A model generated the notes under the pieces. That model saw nothing but the letters and a program-made list of their open reading frames with translations. It made no database searches and was not told the DNA's origin. A DNA stretch of 64,000 bases from an uncultured Bacteroidales bacterium (GTDB taxonomy: Bacteria; Bacteroidota; Bacteroidia; Bacteroidales; JAEINX01): contig CAYWXI010000010.1 in NCBI GenBank assembly GCA_964462015.1, positions 19,819 to 83,818 on the forward strand. Direction: 5' to 3'. A program made the translations under genes and the position numbers. Shown in pieces: positions 55,321 through 64,000 of this stretch. The number at the start of each line of letters is the position of its first letter. Position 1 is the stretch's first letter.

Positions 55321-55935
55321 ATGAAAACAGTATCTATTAGCGGTTCTCTAAGAGAGAACGTAGGGAAAAAAGATGCAAAAAAGAATCGTAAACTTGGAAA
55401 AATTCCATGTGTCGTTTACGGTGGAAAAGAACAAATTCATTTTACAGTAGATGAAATTAGTTTTTCGAAATTGATTTTTACTCCGGAAGTTTTTATCATC
55501 AAAATTGATTTAGACGGAAAAGAATACACTTCAATTCTTCAGGACATTCAATATCACCCTGTTACCGACAAAGTTATACACGTTGATTTTCTTGAGGTTA
55601 TCCCCGGGCATCCCATCGTTATTAGTATTCCGGTTAAACTTGAAGGAAGCTCACAGGGAGTTCTTAAGGGAGGTATGTTTATTCAAAAGCTTAGAAAATT
55701 AAAAACTAAGGCTCTTTCAAAACATCTTCCTGATAACATTGTTATTGATATTTCCGATCTTGAGATTGGTGATTTTACTCGTGTTAAAGATATTAAACAA
55801 GAAAACCTTGAACTTCTTGATGTTCCAAATGCAATTATCGTAGGTGTTAAAACTGCTCGTGGAATAGAAGAAGAGGAAACCGAAGAGGAAGCTGAAGGTG
55901 AAGAAAAGCCCGACGAGGCAGCTGAAAAAGAATAA
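55321..55935 (+). CDS. rplY: 50S ribosomal protein L25 / general stress protein Ctc form
   Basis: 'GKIPCVVYGG' N-terminal motif and acidic C-terminal tail. prs-L25-pth synteny. Confidence 0.9.
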   Translation: MKTVSISGSLRENVGKKDAKKNRKLGKIPCVVYGGKEQIHFTVDEISFSKLIFTPEVFIIKIDLDGKEYTSILQDIQYHPVTDKVIHVDFLEVIPGHPIVISIPVKLEGSSQGVLKGGMFIQKLRKLKTKALSKHLPDNIVIDISDLEIGDFTRVKDIKQENLELLDVPNAIIVGVKTARGIEEEETEEEAEGEEKPDEAAEKE

Positions 55936-55960
55936 TATAAATACTTAAATCTTTTTTAAT

Positions 55961-56004
55961 AAAGGTATAAAGGAAATTTTTAAACTTTATACCTTTATTT
56001 TTTT
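55961..56004 (+). terminator. intrinsic terminator after rplY
   Basis: Perfect 12-bp stem aaaggtataaag / ctttataccttt with a 12-nt loop, followed by a T-run. Confidence 0.8.
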
Positions 56005-56014
56005 GCTAATTTAT

Positions 56015-56022
56015 TAATTTTG
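56015..56022 (+). promoter_or_regulatory. candidate -7 box (TAATTTTG) for pth
   Basis: Matches TAnnTTTG 48 nt upstream of the ATG at 56070. Confidence 0.4.
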
Positions 56023-56069
56023 AAAATGAAAAATTCATTATTCTATTTTTATTTGAGAAATTTTATCAG

Positions 56070-56633
56070 ATGAAATATTTAATTGCAGGCTTGGGAAACA
56101 TTGGAGAAGAATATGCCAATACAAGACATAATATTGGTTTTGTAGTTGTGGATGCATTTGCCTTGTCTTGTAAAAACACATTTTCTTCTGCACGATACGC
56201 TTCTGTTTCAAAATGTAAATTTAAAGGACGAATTTTTGTTTTAATAAAACCATCTACTTATATGAATTTAAGTGGTAAAGCAATTAAATATTGGTTAGAA
56301 AAAGAAAAAATTCCTTTAGAAAACCTTCTTGTAGTCATGGATGATATTGCCCTTCCTTTAGGAACATTAAGAATGAAAATGAAAGGTGGAGATGGCAGTC
56401 ATAACGGATTAATTAGCATCATAGAAAATATAAATACAAGTAATTTCTCAAGATTGCGAATTGGTATTGGTGATGATTTTCCGCGAGGTTACCAGTCGGA
56501 ATATGTCTTAGGAAAATGGTCACGATCGGAAGAAGAAATTCTGATCCCAAGAGTAGAAATTGCAGTTGATATTATTAAAAGTTTTGCAACAATTGGTGTT
56601 GAACGTACAATGACAATGTATAATAATAAATAG
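56070..56633 (+). CDS. pth: peptidyl-tRNA hydrolase
   Basis: 'LIAGLGNIGEEYANTRHNIGF', 'LVVMDDIALPLG', 'GSHNGL'. Confidence 0.95.
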   Translation: MKYLIAGLGNIGEEYANTRHNIGFVVVDAFALSCKNTFSSARYASVSKCKFKGRIFVLIKPSTYMNLSGKAIKYWLEKEKIPLENLLVVMDDIALPLGTLRMKMKGGDGSHNGLISIIENINTSNFSRLRIGIGDDFPRGYQSEYVLGKWSRSEEEILIPRVEIAVDIIKSFATIGVERTMTMYNNK

Positions 56634-56754
56634 CAGATTAAACTTTTAATTGTTTTTTTAGCTTCTACTTTACTCTATATACGCCCTTTAGATCCTTAAT
56701 AAAAATTTTAATGAAAAAAAATGAAAATAAACTTGTGAATTAAATTCTTTATTG

Positions 56755-56762
56755 TAATTTTG
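56755..56762 (+). promoter_or_regulatory. candidate -7 box (TAATTTTG) for the TetR/efflux operon
   Basis: Matches TAnnTTTG 56 nt upstream of the ATG at 56818. Confidence 0.4.
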
Positions 56763-56817
56763 ACCACTTGGTTAAACTTATTAGATAAACCAATAAATTA
56801 AATTGCTTGATTAAAAT

Positions 56818-57429
56818 ATGACAAAAGAAAATCAAGGTACAGAAGAAAGAATATTTGAAGCTGCGAAAAATGTTTTTGTTAAAAAGGGTTTAAACAACAG
56901 CCGTATGCAGGAAATTGCCCAGGAAGCAGGAATGAACAAAGCCTTATTACATTATTATTATCGAAGCAAAGAAAAATTGTTTGAGGCGGTTTTTAACAGC
57001 ATTATAAAAAAAGTAATACCACCTATTGCTGAAATGCTTGAAAACGAAATACCACTTTTTGAAAAAATCGAATTTATTGTCGATCGTTATATTAACAGTT
57101 TGATCTCTAATCCTCATATACCTGTGTTTTTCATTCAGGAAATACAGCGTAATCCACAACGAATTGTTGAAATCATAAAAAAGTATGGCCTGAGACCTGA
57201 AGTTTTTTTCCAACAAATTGAAGATGAAATAAAAGCCGGAAATATTATTGACATTAAACCTCAACAATTAATAGTTAATTTATTAAGTATGTGCGTTTTC
57301 CCATTCGCTGCAAGGCCTGTTGTCCAGGGTATGATCTTCGACAATGATAAAAAAAAATACGATCAGTTTTTAATTGAAAGAAAAAAAGAAGTGTCAAAAT
57401 TTATTATTAATTCTATCAGGAAAAAGTAA
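56818..57429 (+). CDS. TetR/AcrR-family transcriptional regulator
   Basis: N-terminal HTH 'RIFEAAKNVFVKKGLNNSRMQEIAQEAGMNKALLHYYYRSKEKLF'. Confidence 0.88.
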   Translation: MTKENQGTEERIFEAAKNVFVKKGLNNSRMQEIAQEAGMNKALLHYYYRSKEKLFEAVFNSIIKKVIPPIAEMLENEIPLFEKIEFIVDRYINSLISNPHIPVFFIQEIQRNPQRIVEIIKKYGLRPEVFFQQIEDEIKAGNIIDIKPQQLIVNLLSMCVFPFAARPVVQGMIFDNDKKKYDQFLIERKKEVSKFIINSIRKK

Positions 57430-57433
57430 ACAA

Positions 57434-58702
57434 ATGAAAATTTTACTTATAATAACCGGACTAATTCTGTTCAATATTTCATTTTCACAAAATCCGGAGA
57501 CTTTAAGCCTTGAAAATTGCTATAATGAAGCGATAAAAAATTATCCTTTGTCAAAACAATTTGAATTACATTCATCATCTTCCGATATAGAATATGAAAA
57601 TATTAAAAAAAATTATTTTCCAAATTTCGAGATAAACGGACAGGTTTCATATCAATCCGAAGTCACAGAAATTCCAATAAATATTCCAGGAGTGAATATT
57701 CCAGGCCTTAATAAAGATTGGTATAAAATTACAATGGATTTCAATCAGGTTATATATGATGCCAATATGACAAAAATCCAAAAAGAAATTAACCGGAAAG
57801 ATTTGTTAATCAACAAACAAAATATTGAAATCGAACTCTATAAACTAAAAGAAAGAATAAACAATGTGTTTTTTAGCATTATTTTACTAAAAGAGAAATT
57901 AAAGCTTCTTAATGTTTTTTATGATGAAATTCAAGAAAAGCTATCTAATGTTCAATCAGGTGTAAAAAACGGAGTTTTACTTTCTTCTGACGAAAATGTA
58001 TTAAAAGCCGAATTGATAAAAGTTGACCAGAAAAAAACTGAAGTTGAGACGTCCATAAGTTCATCCGTGAAAATTTTAAACCAATTAACTTCAATAGACA
58101 TTTCAATCAACACAGAATTAACCTTACCACAAATACAAATTACTCCCGATCTGCTTTTCAATAACAGGCTTGAATACAAGTTATTGGACTTGCAAAAGAA
58201 TAAAATAATCTCCTTGAAAGAAATGTTGAATGTTAACACCTTACCAAAAATATTTGGGTTCGGGCAATTTGGTTATGGAAGGCCCGGTTTGAATCTATTA
58301 TCAAACGATTTCGATACCTATTATATAATAGGTGCAAAATTATGCTGGAAACCATGGGATTGGAATAAATCAGAAAATCAAAATAAAATTCTTGATATAC
58401 AGTCTGGTATCATAGATACACAAAAAGAAACTTTTAATAAAAATTTCAGAATTTCACTTGAAACTGCAATGGCAGAAATAGGGAAATTTAAAATATTAAT
58501 TCAAAAAGATCATGAAATCATTGAATTAAGAAAACAAATCTCAAAAACGGCTTCTGCACGCTTCGACAATGGAGTAATTTCCTCAACCAGCTTAATTACC
58601 GAATTAAATGCTGAAACTCAGGCAAGATTAAATTTACAAACACATATTTTGCAATTGATTCAAGCGAAGATAAATGTATTAGCAATTATAGGTCAACTTT
58701 AA
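57434..58702 (+). CDS. TolC-family outer-membrane efflux protein
   Basis: The ATG at 57434 gives the signal peptide MKILLIITGLILFNISFSQ. Duplicated coiled-coil/beta pattern. Efflux operon context. Confidence 0.8.
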   Translation: MKILLIITGLILFNISFSQNPETLSLENCYNEAIKNYPLSKQFELHSSSSDIEYENIKKNYFPNFEINGQVSYQSEVTEIPINIPGVNIPGLNKDWYKITMDFNQVIYDANMTKIQKEINRKDLLINKQNIEIELYKLKERINNVFFSIILLKEKLKLLNVFYDEIQEKLSNVQSGVKNGVLLSSDENVLKAELIKVDQKKTEVETSISSSVKILNQLTSIDISINTELTLPQIQITPDLLFNNRLEYKLLDLQKNKIISLKEMLNVNTLPKIFGFGQFGYGRPGLNLLSNDFDTYYIIGAKLCWKPWDWNKSENQNKILDIQSGIIDTQKETFNKNFRISLETAMAEIGKFKILIQKDHEIIELRKQISKTASARFDNGVISSTSLITELNAETQARLNLQTHILQLIQAKINVLAIIGQL

Positions 58703-58714
58703 ATAATTAGAAAA

Positions 58715-59602
58715 ATGAAAACCAAATACTTATTCTTAATTATAGCATTAATAATTTCAGCTTGCTCTAACAATAACAACAAATCTGATGCTTATGGAAA
58801 TTTTGAAGCAACCGAAATTTTGGTTTCTTCAGAAGCAAACGGAAAAATACTTTCTTTTAAGGTTGAAGAAGGCCAAATATTAAAAGCTGAAGAAATTGTT
58901 GGGTTGATTGATACAGTAAAATTATATTTGCAAAAACAGCAGCTAATAGATACCCAAAAAGCGATAGCATCGAAATTGGAAATAATTTCCGCACAGATTG
59001 AGGTGCAAAAACAACAAAAAGCTAATTTGTTAATTGATAAAAACAGATTAGAAAAATTATTAAAAGACGGAGCGGCAACTCAACAACAAATGGATAACAT
59101 AAGCGGTTCACTTGATCTGGTAGAAAAACAAGTTTTATCAATAAAAACCCAAAAAGCAGGTGTTTTTGATGAGATAAAAGCTGTTGGTAAGCAAATTGAA
59201 CAAGTGGAAGAATCATTAAAAAATTGTTATATTAAAAATCCTGTTAATGGAACAGTGCTTTCAAAATTTATTGAACAGGGTGAAATAACAATCTTTGGAA
59301 AACCTTTATATAAAATTGCGGATTTAACCGAATTAAAATTAAAAGTTTATGTTAGCGGTGCACAACTCCCGAATATTAAAATCGGACAAAAAGTTGAAGT
59401 TTTGATTGATAAAAATGAAAACTCCTATCGAAAACTGATAGGTGAAATTTGCTGGATTTCAACATCAGCCGAATTTACTCCTAAAACTATTCAAACAAAG
59501 AAAGAGAGAGTAAATTTAGTATATGCAATTAAAGTCAGAGTGAAAAACGACGGTTCCTTAAAAATCGGGATGCCGGGAGAAATTAACTTTCCTAAGAAGT
59601 GA
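58715..59602 (+). CDS. HlyD-family membrane-fusion (periplasmic adaptor) protein
   Basis: Lipoprotein signal 'LIISAC'. Long coiled-coil hairpin. C-terminal beta-barrel 'GMPGEINF'. Confidence 0.8.
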   Translation: MKTKYLFLIIALIISACSNNNNKSDAYGNFEATEILVSSEANGKILSFKVEEGQILKAEEIVGLIDTVKLYLQKQQLIDTQKAIASKLEIISAQIEVQKQQKANLLIDKNRLEKLLKDGAATQQQMDNISGSLDLVEKQVLSIKTQKAGVFDEIKAVGKQIEQVEESLKNCYIKNPVNGTVLSKFIEQGEITIFGKPLYKIADLTELKLKVYVSGAQLPNIKIGQKVEVLIDKNENSYRKLIGEICWISTSAEFTPKTIQTKKERVNLVYAIKVRVKNDGSLKIGMPGEINFPKK

Positions 59603-59663
59603 TTGCTCCTTCCGGCGGAGGTTAATGAATGAATAAAAAATAATTAATCATAAAAAAACGAAA

Positions 59664-60113
59664 ATGAAAAAATTAGTAATTGTAATTATCGCCATTATCT
59701 CATCTTGCAGCCTGGCATTTTCTCAGGATTATAAAGCAAGTGATATTGAAGGCATTTGGTTGAACGAAGATGAAGATGCTAAAATTGAAATAACAAAAAA
59801 AGGGGGTAAATATTTTGGAAAAATTATTTGGATTAAAGATCCGATTGATGAAGAAACAGGAAAACCCAAAAAAGACAAACACAATCCTGATGAAAAATTA
59901 AGAGACAGGCCTTCTTTAGGATTGGAGATTTTAACAAATTTTAAATACGATGGTGATGATGAATGGGACGATGGAAAAATATATGATCCAAAAACCGGCA
60001 AAACATATAGTTGTTACATGCGAATGCAAAATAAGGATAAAGTAAAAATCAGAGGTTATATTGGAATTTCACTGCTCGGACGAACAACTTATTGGAAAAG
60101 AACAACTATCTAA
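59664..60113 (+). CDS. DUF2147-domain secreted protein
   Basis: 'GIWLNEDEDAKIEI...GKIIWIKDP...GKIYDPKTGKTYSCYM...IRGYIGISLLGRTTYWKR'. Confidence 0.7.
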   Translation: MKKLVIVIIAIISSCSLAFSQDYKASDIEGIWLNEDEDAKIEITKKGGKYFGKIIWIKDPIDEETGKPKKDKHNPDEKLRDRPSLGLEILTNFKYDGDDEWDDGKIYDPKTGKTYSCYMRMQNKDKVKIRGYIGISLLGRTTYWKRTTI

Positions 60114-60177
60114 ACTATTTTTAGTATAGTGATTTAAATCAGTATGTGAACTCTTACACTTATTATTAAATACATAA

Positions 60178-61086
60178 ATGATCTCGGTTCAAATTAGCGA
60201 ATTAATTAAATCATACGGAAAAACAACTGCCCTTGATAATATTTCAGTTTCTATAAACAAAGGTGAGTTGTTTGGCTTTATTGGCCCTGACGGAGCCGGG
60301 AAGACAACATTATTTCGCATACTGACATCATTATTAATTCCTGATCAGGGTTTTGCAAAAGTTGAAAACTTAGATGTCGTAAAAGATTATAAACAAATAA
60401 GAAAGATTGTCGGATATATGCCGGGACGATTTTCATTATATCAAGACCTTTCTGTTGAAGAAAATTTGCAGTTTTTTGCCAGCGTTTTTGGAACCACAAT
60501 TGAAGAAAATTATCATCTCATCGAAGATATTTATGTTCAAATTGAACCTTTTAAAAAACGCCTTGCCGGAAAACTTTCGGGCGGAATGAAACAAAAACTC
60601 GCTTTGTCGTGTGCTTTAATTCATAAACCGGAAGTATTATTTTTGGACGAACCTACTACCGGTGTTGATGCAGTTTCGAGAAAAGAGTTTTGGGAAATGC
60701 TCAAAAAACTTAAATCTTTTGGAATTACAATAATTGTTTCAACACCTTATATGGATGAAGCCGCCCTTTGCGACAGAATTGCATTGATACAAAATGGTAA
60801 AATCCTAAGTGTTCAAAGTCCTAAAAAAATTATTTGCGAATATAAATTGCCGATAATTGGAATTCGTTCTGACGACATGTATTTATTAGTTAAAGATTTA
60901 AATAAGTTCGATCAAACCAATTCAATTTTTCTATTTGGAGATTATGCTCATTATACTTCAAAATCTTCAAAAATAAATACTGAAGAAATTGAATCCTTTT
61001 TATTATCGAAAGGCCATACAAATATTGAGTTTAAAAGTATTAAGCCTGATATCGAAGATTGTTTTATGGCTTTGATGAATATATGA
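60178..61086 (+). CDS. ABC transporter ATP-binding protein
   Basis: Walker A 'GPDGAGKTT', signature 'LSGGMKQK', Walker B 'LFLDEPTTG'. Confidence 0.92.
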   Translation: MISVQISELIKSYGKTTALDNISVSINKGELFGFIGPDGAGKTTLFRILTSLLIPDQGFAKVENLDVVKDYKQIRKIVGYMPGRFSLYQDLSVEENLQFFASVFGTTIEENYHLIEDIYVQIEPFKKRLAGKLSGGMKQKLALSCALIHKPEVLFLDEPTTGVDAVSRKEFWEMLKKLKSFGITIIVSTPYMDEAALCDRIALIQNGKILSVQSPKKIICEYKLPIIGIRSDDMYLLVKDLNKFDQTNSIFLFGDYAHYTSKSSKINTEEIESFLLSKGHTNIEFKSIKPDIEDCFMALMNI

Positions 61087-61179
61087 TAAAATGAATGATA
61101 GAATGATTAAATTAATGAGGTTTTCTAGCATTCCATTATTGAAAAAAAATGAACAAAATATTTATATGATATAAAATCA

Positions 61180-61911
61180 ATGAGTCAATCTGAAAATATT
61201 ATATCTGTTAAAAATATGGTTAAAAAATTCGGAAGTTTTGTGGCTAACGATAATCTTTGTTTCCAGATTAAAAAAGGTGAGATTTTTGGTTTTCTTGGCG
61301 CAAATGGAGCAGGAAAAACTACTGCAATAAAAATTTTATGCGGATTATCAGCACCAACATCGGGTGAAATTGAAGTTGCCGGTTATGATGTTTATACTCA
61401 AACCGATTTAATTAAAAAAAACATTGGTTATATGAGCCAAAAATTTTCACTTTATGAAGATATCACTGTAAAGGAAAATTTCAGGTTTTATGGCGGAATC
61501 TACGGACTAAGTAAAAATAGAATTAATGAACGTATAACATTCTTTCTAAAGGAATTAAAGCTTGAAAAAGCAAAAGATGAATTAATTAGTTCATTACCGT
61601 TGGGATGGAAACAAAAAATTTCCTTTTCAGTAGCAATTATGCACGATCCGAAGATTGTTTTCCTCGATGAACCGACCGGCGGAGTTGATCCGGTAACAAG
61701 AAGACAATTCTGGGAAATGATTTATGAGGCATCACACAATGGAATAACAGTTTTCGTAACAACACATTATATGGATGAGGCTGAATATTGCAATCGGGTT
61801 TCTATAATGGTTGATGGAAGAATTGATGCTTTAAATACACCCGAAAATTTGAAAAAACAATTTAATGTAAATTCAATGAATGATGTGTTTTTGAAATTGG
61901 CAAGAAAGTAG
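61180..61911 (+). CDS. ABC transporter ATP-binding protein (second ATPase)
   Basis: Walker A 'GANGAGKTT', signature-like 'LPLGWKQK', Walker B 'VFLDEPTGG'. Confidence 0.92.
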   Translation: MSQSENIISVKNMVKKFGSFVANDNLCFQIKKGEIFGFLGANGAGKTTAIKILCGLSAPTSGEIEVAGYDVYTQTDLIKKNIGYMSQKFSLYEDITVKENFRFYGGIYGLSKNRINERITFFLKELKLEKAKDELISSLPLGWKQKISFSVAIMHDPKIVFLDEPTGGVDPVTRRQFWEMIYEASHNGITVFVTTHYMDEAEYCNRVSIMVDGRIDALNTPENLKKQFNVNSMNDVFLKLARK

Positions 61912-62006
61912 GAATGGAGAAGTGGAGTAATGAAGTGATGAATTAATGGAAAGAAACCCCAATTGATTTGCAGAACTTTCCAATACTCCATCACTCCAAC
62001 ATTCCA
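61911..62006. repeat. imperfect 96-nt inverted repeat built from ATGGAGTG-type motifs
   Basis: Left arm 'ggaatggagaagtggagtaatgaagtgatg...'. Right arm 'ccaatactccatcactccaacattcc'. The ends ggaatg/cattcc pair. The right arm carries the 12-mer ctccatcactcc also found at 8854-8865. Confidence 0.6.
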
Positions 62007-62024
62007 TAATTAAAAAATGATTTT

Positions 62025-63131
62025 ATGAACCGTTTTTGGGCTTTTATTAAAAAAGAATTTATTCATATTTTTAGAGATCCGCGAACAATTTTGATTCTGT
62101 TTGGTATGCCAATTGCCCAGATTATGATTTTTGGTTATGTTGTAAAAAACGATATCAAAGATGTTAAAATTGCTGTTTATGATAAATCAAAAGACAATGT
62201 TACTAGAGAAATTACAAACAAAATTTTGTCCTCAGGATATTTTCTCCTCTCTGAAAAAATTGATTCTAATAATGAACTTGAAAGAATTTTTCAAAAGGGT
62301 GAAGTAAAAGAAATTATAGTTTTTGAGCCTGAATTTGCCAAAAAACTCGAGAATACTAACACTGCAAATATTCAATTGATTGCAGATGCTTCCGATGCTA
62401 ACACAGCTAACCTGATTACAAATTACACTAAAGCAATTATATATGAATATGTTAAAGATTCAAACATCAACAATTCCTTAGCTGTTCAAATTGTACCTGA
62501 GCCAAGAATGGTATTTAACGAAGAGATGAAAAGTGTTTATATGTTCGTACCAGGAACTATGGCATTGATCCTGCTCCTGATCTCAGCAATGATGACTTCA
62601 ATTTCAATTGCAAGAGAAAAAGAATTGGGAACAATGGAAATTCTTTTGGTATCACCACTAAGGCCTTTTCAAATTATAATGGGAAAAGTAATGCCGTATA
62701 TAGTATTGTCTTTGGTTAATTCCATAAGTATAATTCTTCTTGGATATTTTGTTTTTACTGTACCCATCAACGGAAGTATTATTTTGTTAATGTTTGAAAC
62801 CATGCTATTTATTTTTCTTGCTTTATCAATTGGAATATTTATTTCAACCATTTCAAAAAGTCAGCAGACTGCGATGTTTATTTCAATTTTTTCGTTGATG
62901 CTGCCAACAATTTTACTTTCCGGATTTATTTTTCCAATTAAAAACATGCCACTGGTTTTACAATGGTTCTGTAATGTTGTGCCGCCAAAATGGTTTATTA
63001 TTATAATAAAAAATATAATGTTGAAAGGAACAGGTTTGACTTTTATATGGAAAGAAACATTAATACTTGTTGGAATGATAATATTCTTTATTAGTTTGAG
63101 TGTTAAAAAATTTAAAGTACGATTAGAGTAA
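62025..63131 (+). CDS. ABC-2 type transporter permease
   Basis: N-terminal TM, large extracytoplasmic loop, then a 5-TM ABC-2 membrane block with 'REKELGTME'. Confidence 0.85.
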   Translation: MNRFWAFIKKEFIHIFRDPRTILILFGMPIAQIMIFGYVVKNDIKDVKIAVYDKSKDNVTREITNKILSSGYFLLSEKIDSNNELERIFQKGEVKEIIVFEPEFAKKLENTNTANIQLIADASDANTANLITNYTKAIIYEYVKDSNINNSLAVQIVPEPRMVFNEEMKSVYMFVPGTMALILLLISAMMTSISIAREKELGTMEILLVSPLRPFQIIMGKVMPYIVLSLVNSISIILLGYFVFTVPINGSIILLMFETMLFIFLALSIGIFISTISKSQQTAMFISIFSLMLPTILLSGFIFPIKNMPLVLQWFCNVVPPKWFIIIIKNIMLKGTGLTFIWKETLILVGMIIFFISLSVKKFKVRLE

Positions 63132-63132
63132 A

Positions 63133-64000
63133 ATGCGAACAATTTTATTTTTATTACAAAAAGAATTTATTCAAATTTTCAGGAACAAAACAATGCTCCC
63201 GATAATTTTCATTTTACCAATTGTTCAATTGATAATTCTGGTTAATGCAGCAACACTTGAAATGAAAAATATAAATATGGTTGTTGTTGATAATGACTTG
63301 TCGTCGAGTTCACGAAAATTAATCGGGAAATTTGAAGGATCAAAATTTTTCATTGTAAGTGAATTCACTTTTTCAATTGAAAAGGCAAAACAAAAGTTAT
63401 TAAAAGATGAAGCTGATATAATAATAAATATTCCGCAGGGTTTTGAGAAGGATTTATTTAGAAATGAGCAGGCCAAACTACAACTTTTAATAAATGCAAT
63501 TAATTCAACTTCCGGCGGGCTGACAAATGTTTATGCAACAATGGTGATTGCTGATTTCAATAAAAATATTATTCTTGAAAACATAAATATTTTACCCCAA
63601 ATAAATCGAAAAAACATCAACGTAACACCTTCATTTTGGTATAATCCTGAATTGAATTATAAAATTTATATGCTACCCGGAATTCTGGTTATTTTGATAA
63701 CCGTAATCGGTATGTTTCTTTCGTCATTAAATCTTGTGAGAGAAAAAGAAATGGGAACTATTGAACAAATAAATGTTACGCCTATCAAAAAGTATCAATT
63801 TATTGCAGGAAAATTAATTCCTTTTTGGGTGATTGCACTTTTTGAGCTTGCTTTTGGCCTGATTATCGGAAAATTTATATTTCACTTACCGATCCTTGGT
63901 AATTTATTCCTTCTATTCGGGTTTGCTTCGGTTTATTTGATAGTTATGCTCGGAATAGGTTTGTTTATTTCCACAATTGCTGAAAACCAACAACAAGTAT
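63133..64000 (+). CDS. ABC-2 type transporter permease (second copy), 3'-truncated by the window edge
   Basis: Absent from the ORF track because it has no stop. ATG at 63133, 1 nt after the previous stop. My translation reads MRTILFLLQKEFIQIFRNK...REKEMGTIEQ..., parallel to the upstream permease. Open to position 64000. Confidence 0.8.
   Translation, partial: MRTILFLLQKEFIQIFRNKTMLPIIFILPIVQLIILVNAATLEMKNINMVVVDNDLSSSSRKLIGKFEGSKFFIVSEFTFSIEKAKQKLLKDEADIIINIPQGFEKDLFRNEQAKLQLLINAINSTSGGLTNVYATMVIADFNKNIILENINILPQINRKNINVTPSFWYNPELNYKIYMLPGILVILITVIGMFLSSLNLVREKEMGTIEQINVTPIKKYQFIAGKLIPFWVIALFELAFGLIIGKFIFHLPILGNLFLLFGFASVYLIVMLGIGLFISTIAENQQQV

Overview
AT-rich chromosomal segment that looks like a Bacteroidota genome. 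Supporting signs are gldG, several T9SS C-terminal sorting domains, and TAnnTTTG-type -7 promoter boxes upstream of many genes. Most of the window is ordinary housekeeping or envelope content. In order: gldG and a DUF4340-like gene; a compact Wzx/Wzy-type glycan cluster; polA; an orphan OmpR-type response regulator; T9SS cargo proteins. These are followed by parvulin/SurA-like chaperones; guaB; an M16 peptidase pair; ptb-buk; an M64 peptidase; a tryptophanase-family lyase; mntP; and a secreted endonuclease I next to queD. The window ends with an ECF sigma module; ctp; tRNA-Leu(CAA); prs-rplY-pth; and a TetR/TolC/HlyD/ABC-2 efflux locus that runs off the window. Two regions stand out. (1) 25.9-28.6 kb holds a translationally coupled two-gene operon between guaB and an unrelated FtsX-type permease. 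It encodes a complete Hanks-type Ser/Thr kinase fused to a ~400-aa uncharacterised domain carrying a CxCxxC...H cluster, which may resemble the TGT/DpdA zinc site. Its partner is a 213-aa protein with a winged-helix segment and an ExK nuclease-like motif. This is my best candidate for an undescribed defence or DNA-surveillance system. (2) 14.9-18.8 kb is a tandem triplication of a ~1.37-kb cassette, each copy with its own terminator. It encodes secreted proteins of unknown family with a diverged N-terminal domain and a nearly identical, internally duplicated C-terminal half. An ECF sigma/anti-sigma/secreted-protein module follows it. Smaller non-coding observations include an orphan promoter-plus-terminator pair (candidate sRNA), an exact TGTGA-N6-TCACA palindrome at the ptb-buk promoter, a dispersed family of degenerate ATG(G)AGTG-type intergenic repeats, and a 3 x 10-bp tandem repeat. 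No CRISPR array, rRNA, transposase or integrase was seen. All functional calls rest on motif recognition by eye; no searches were run.
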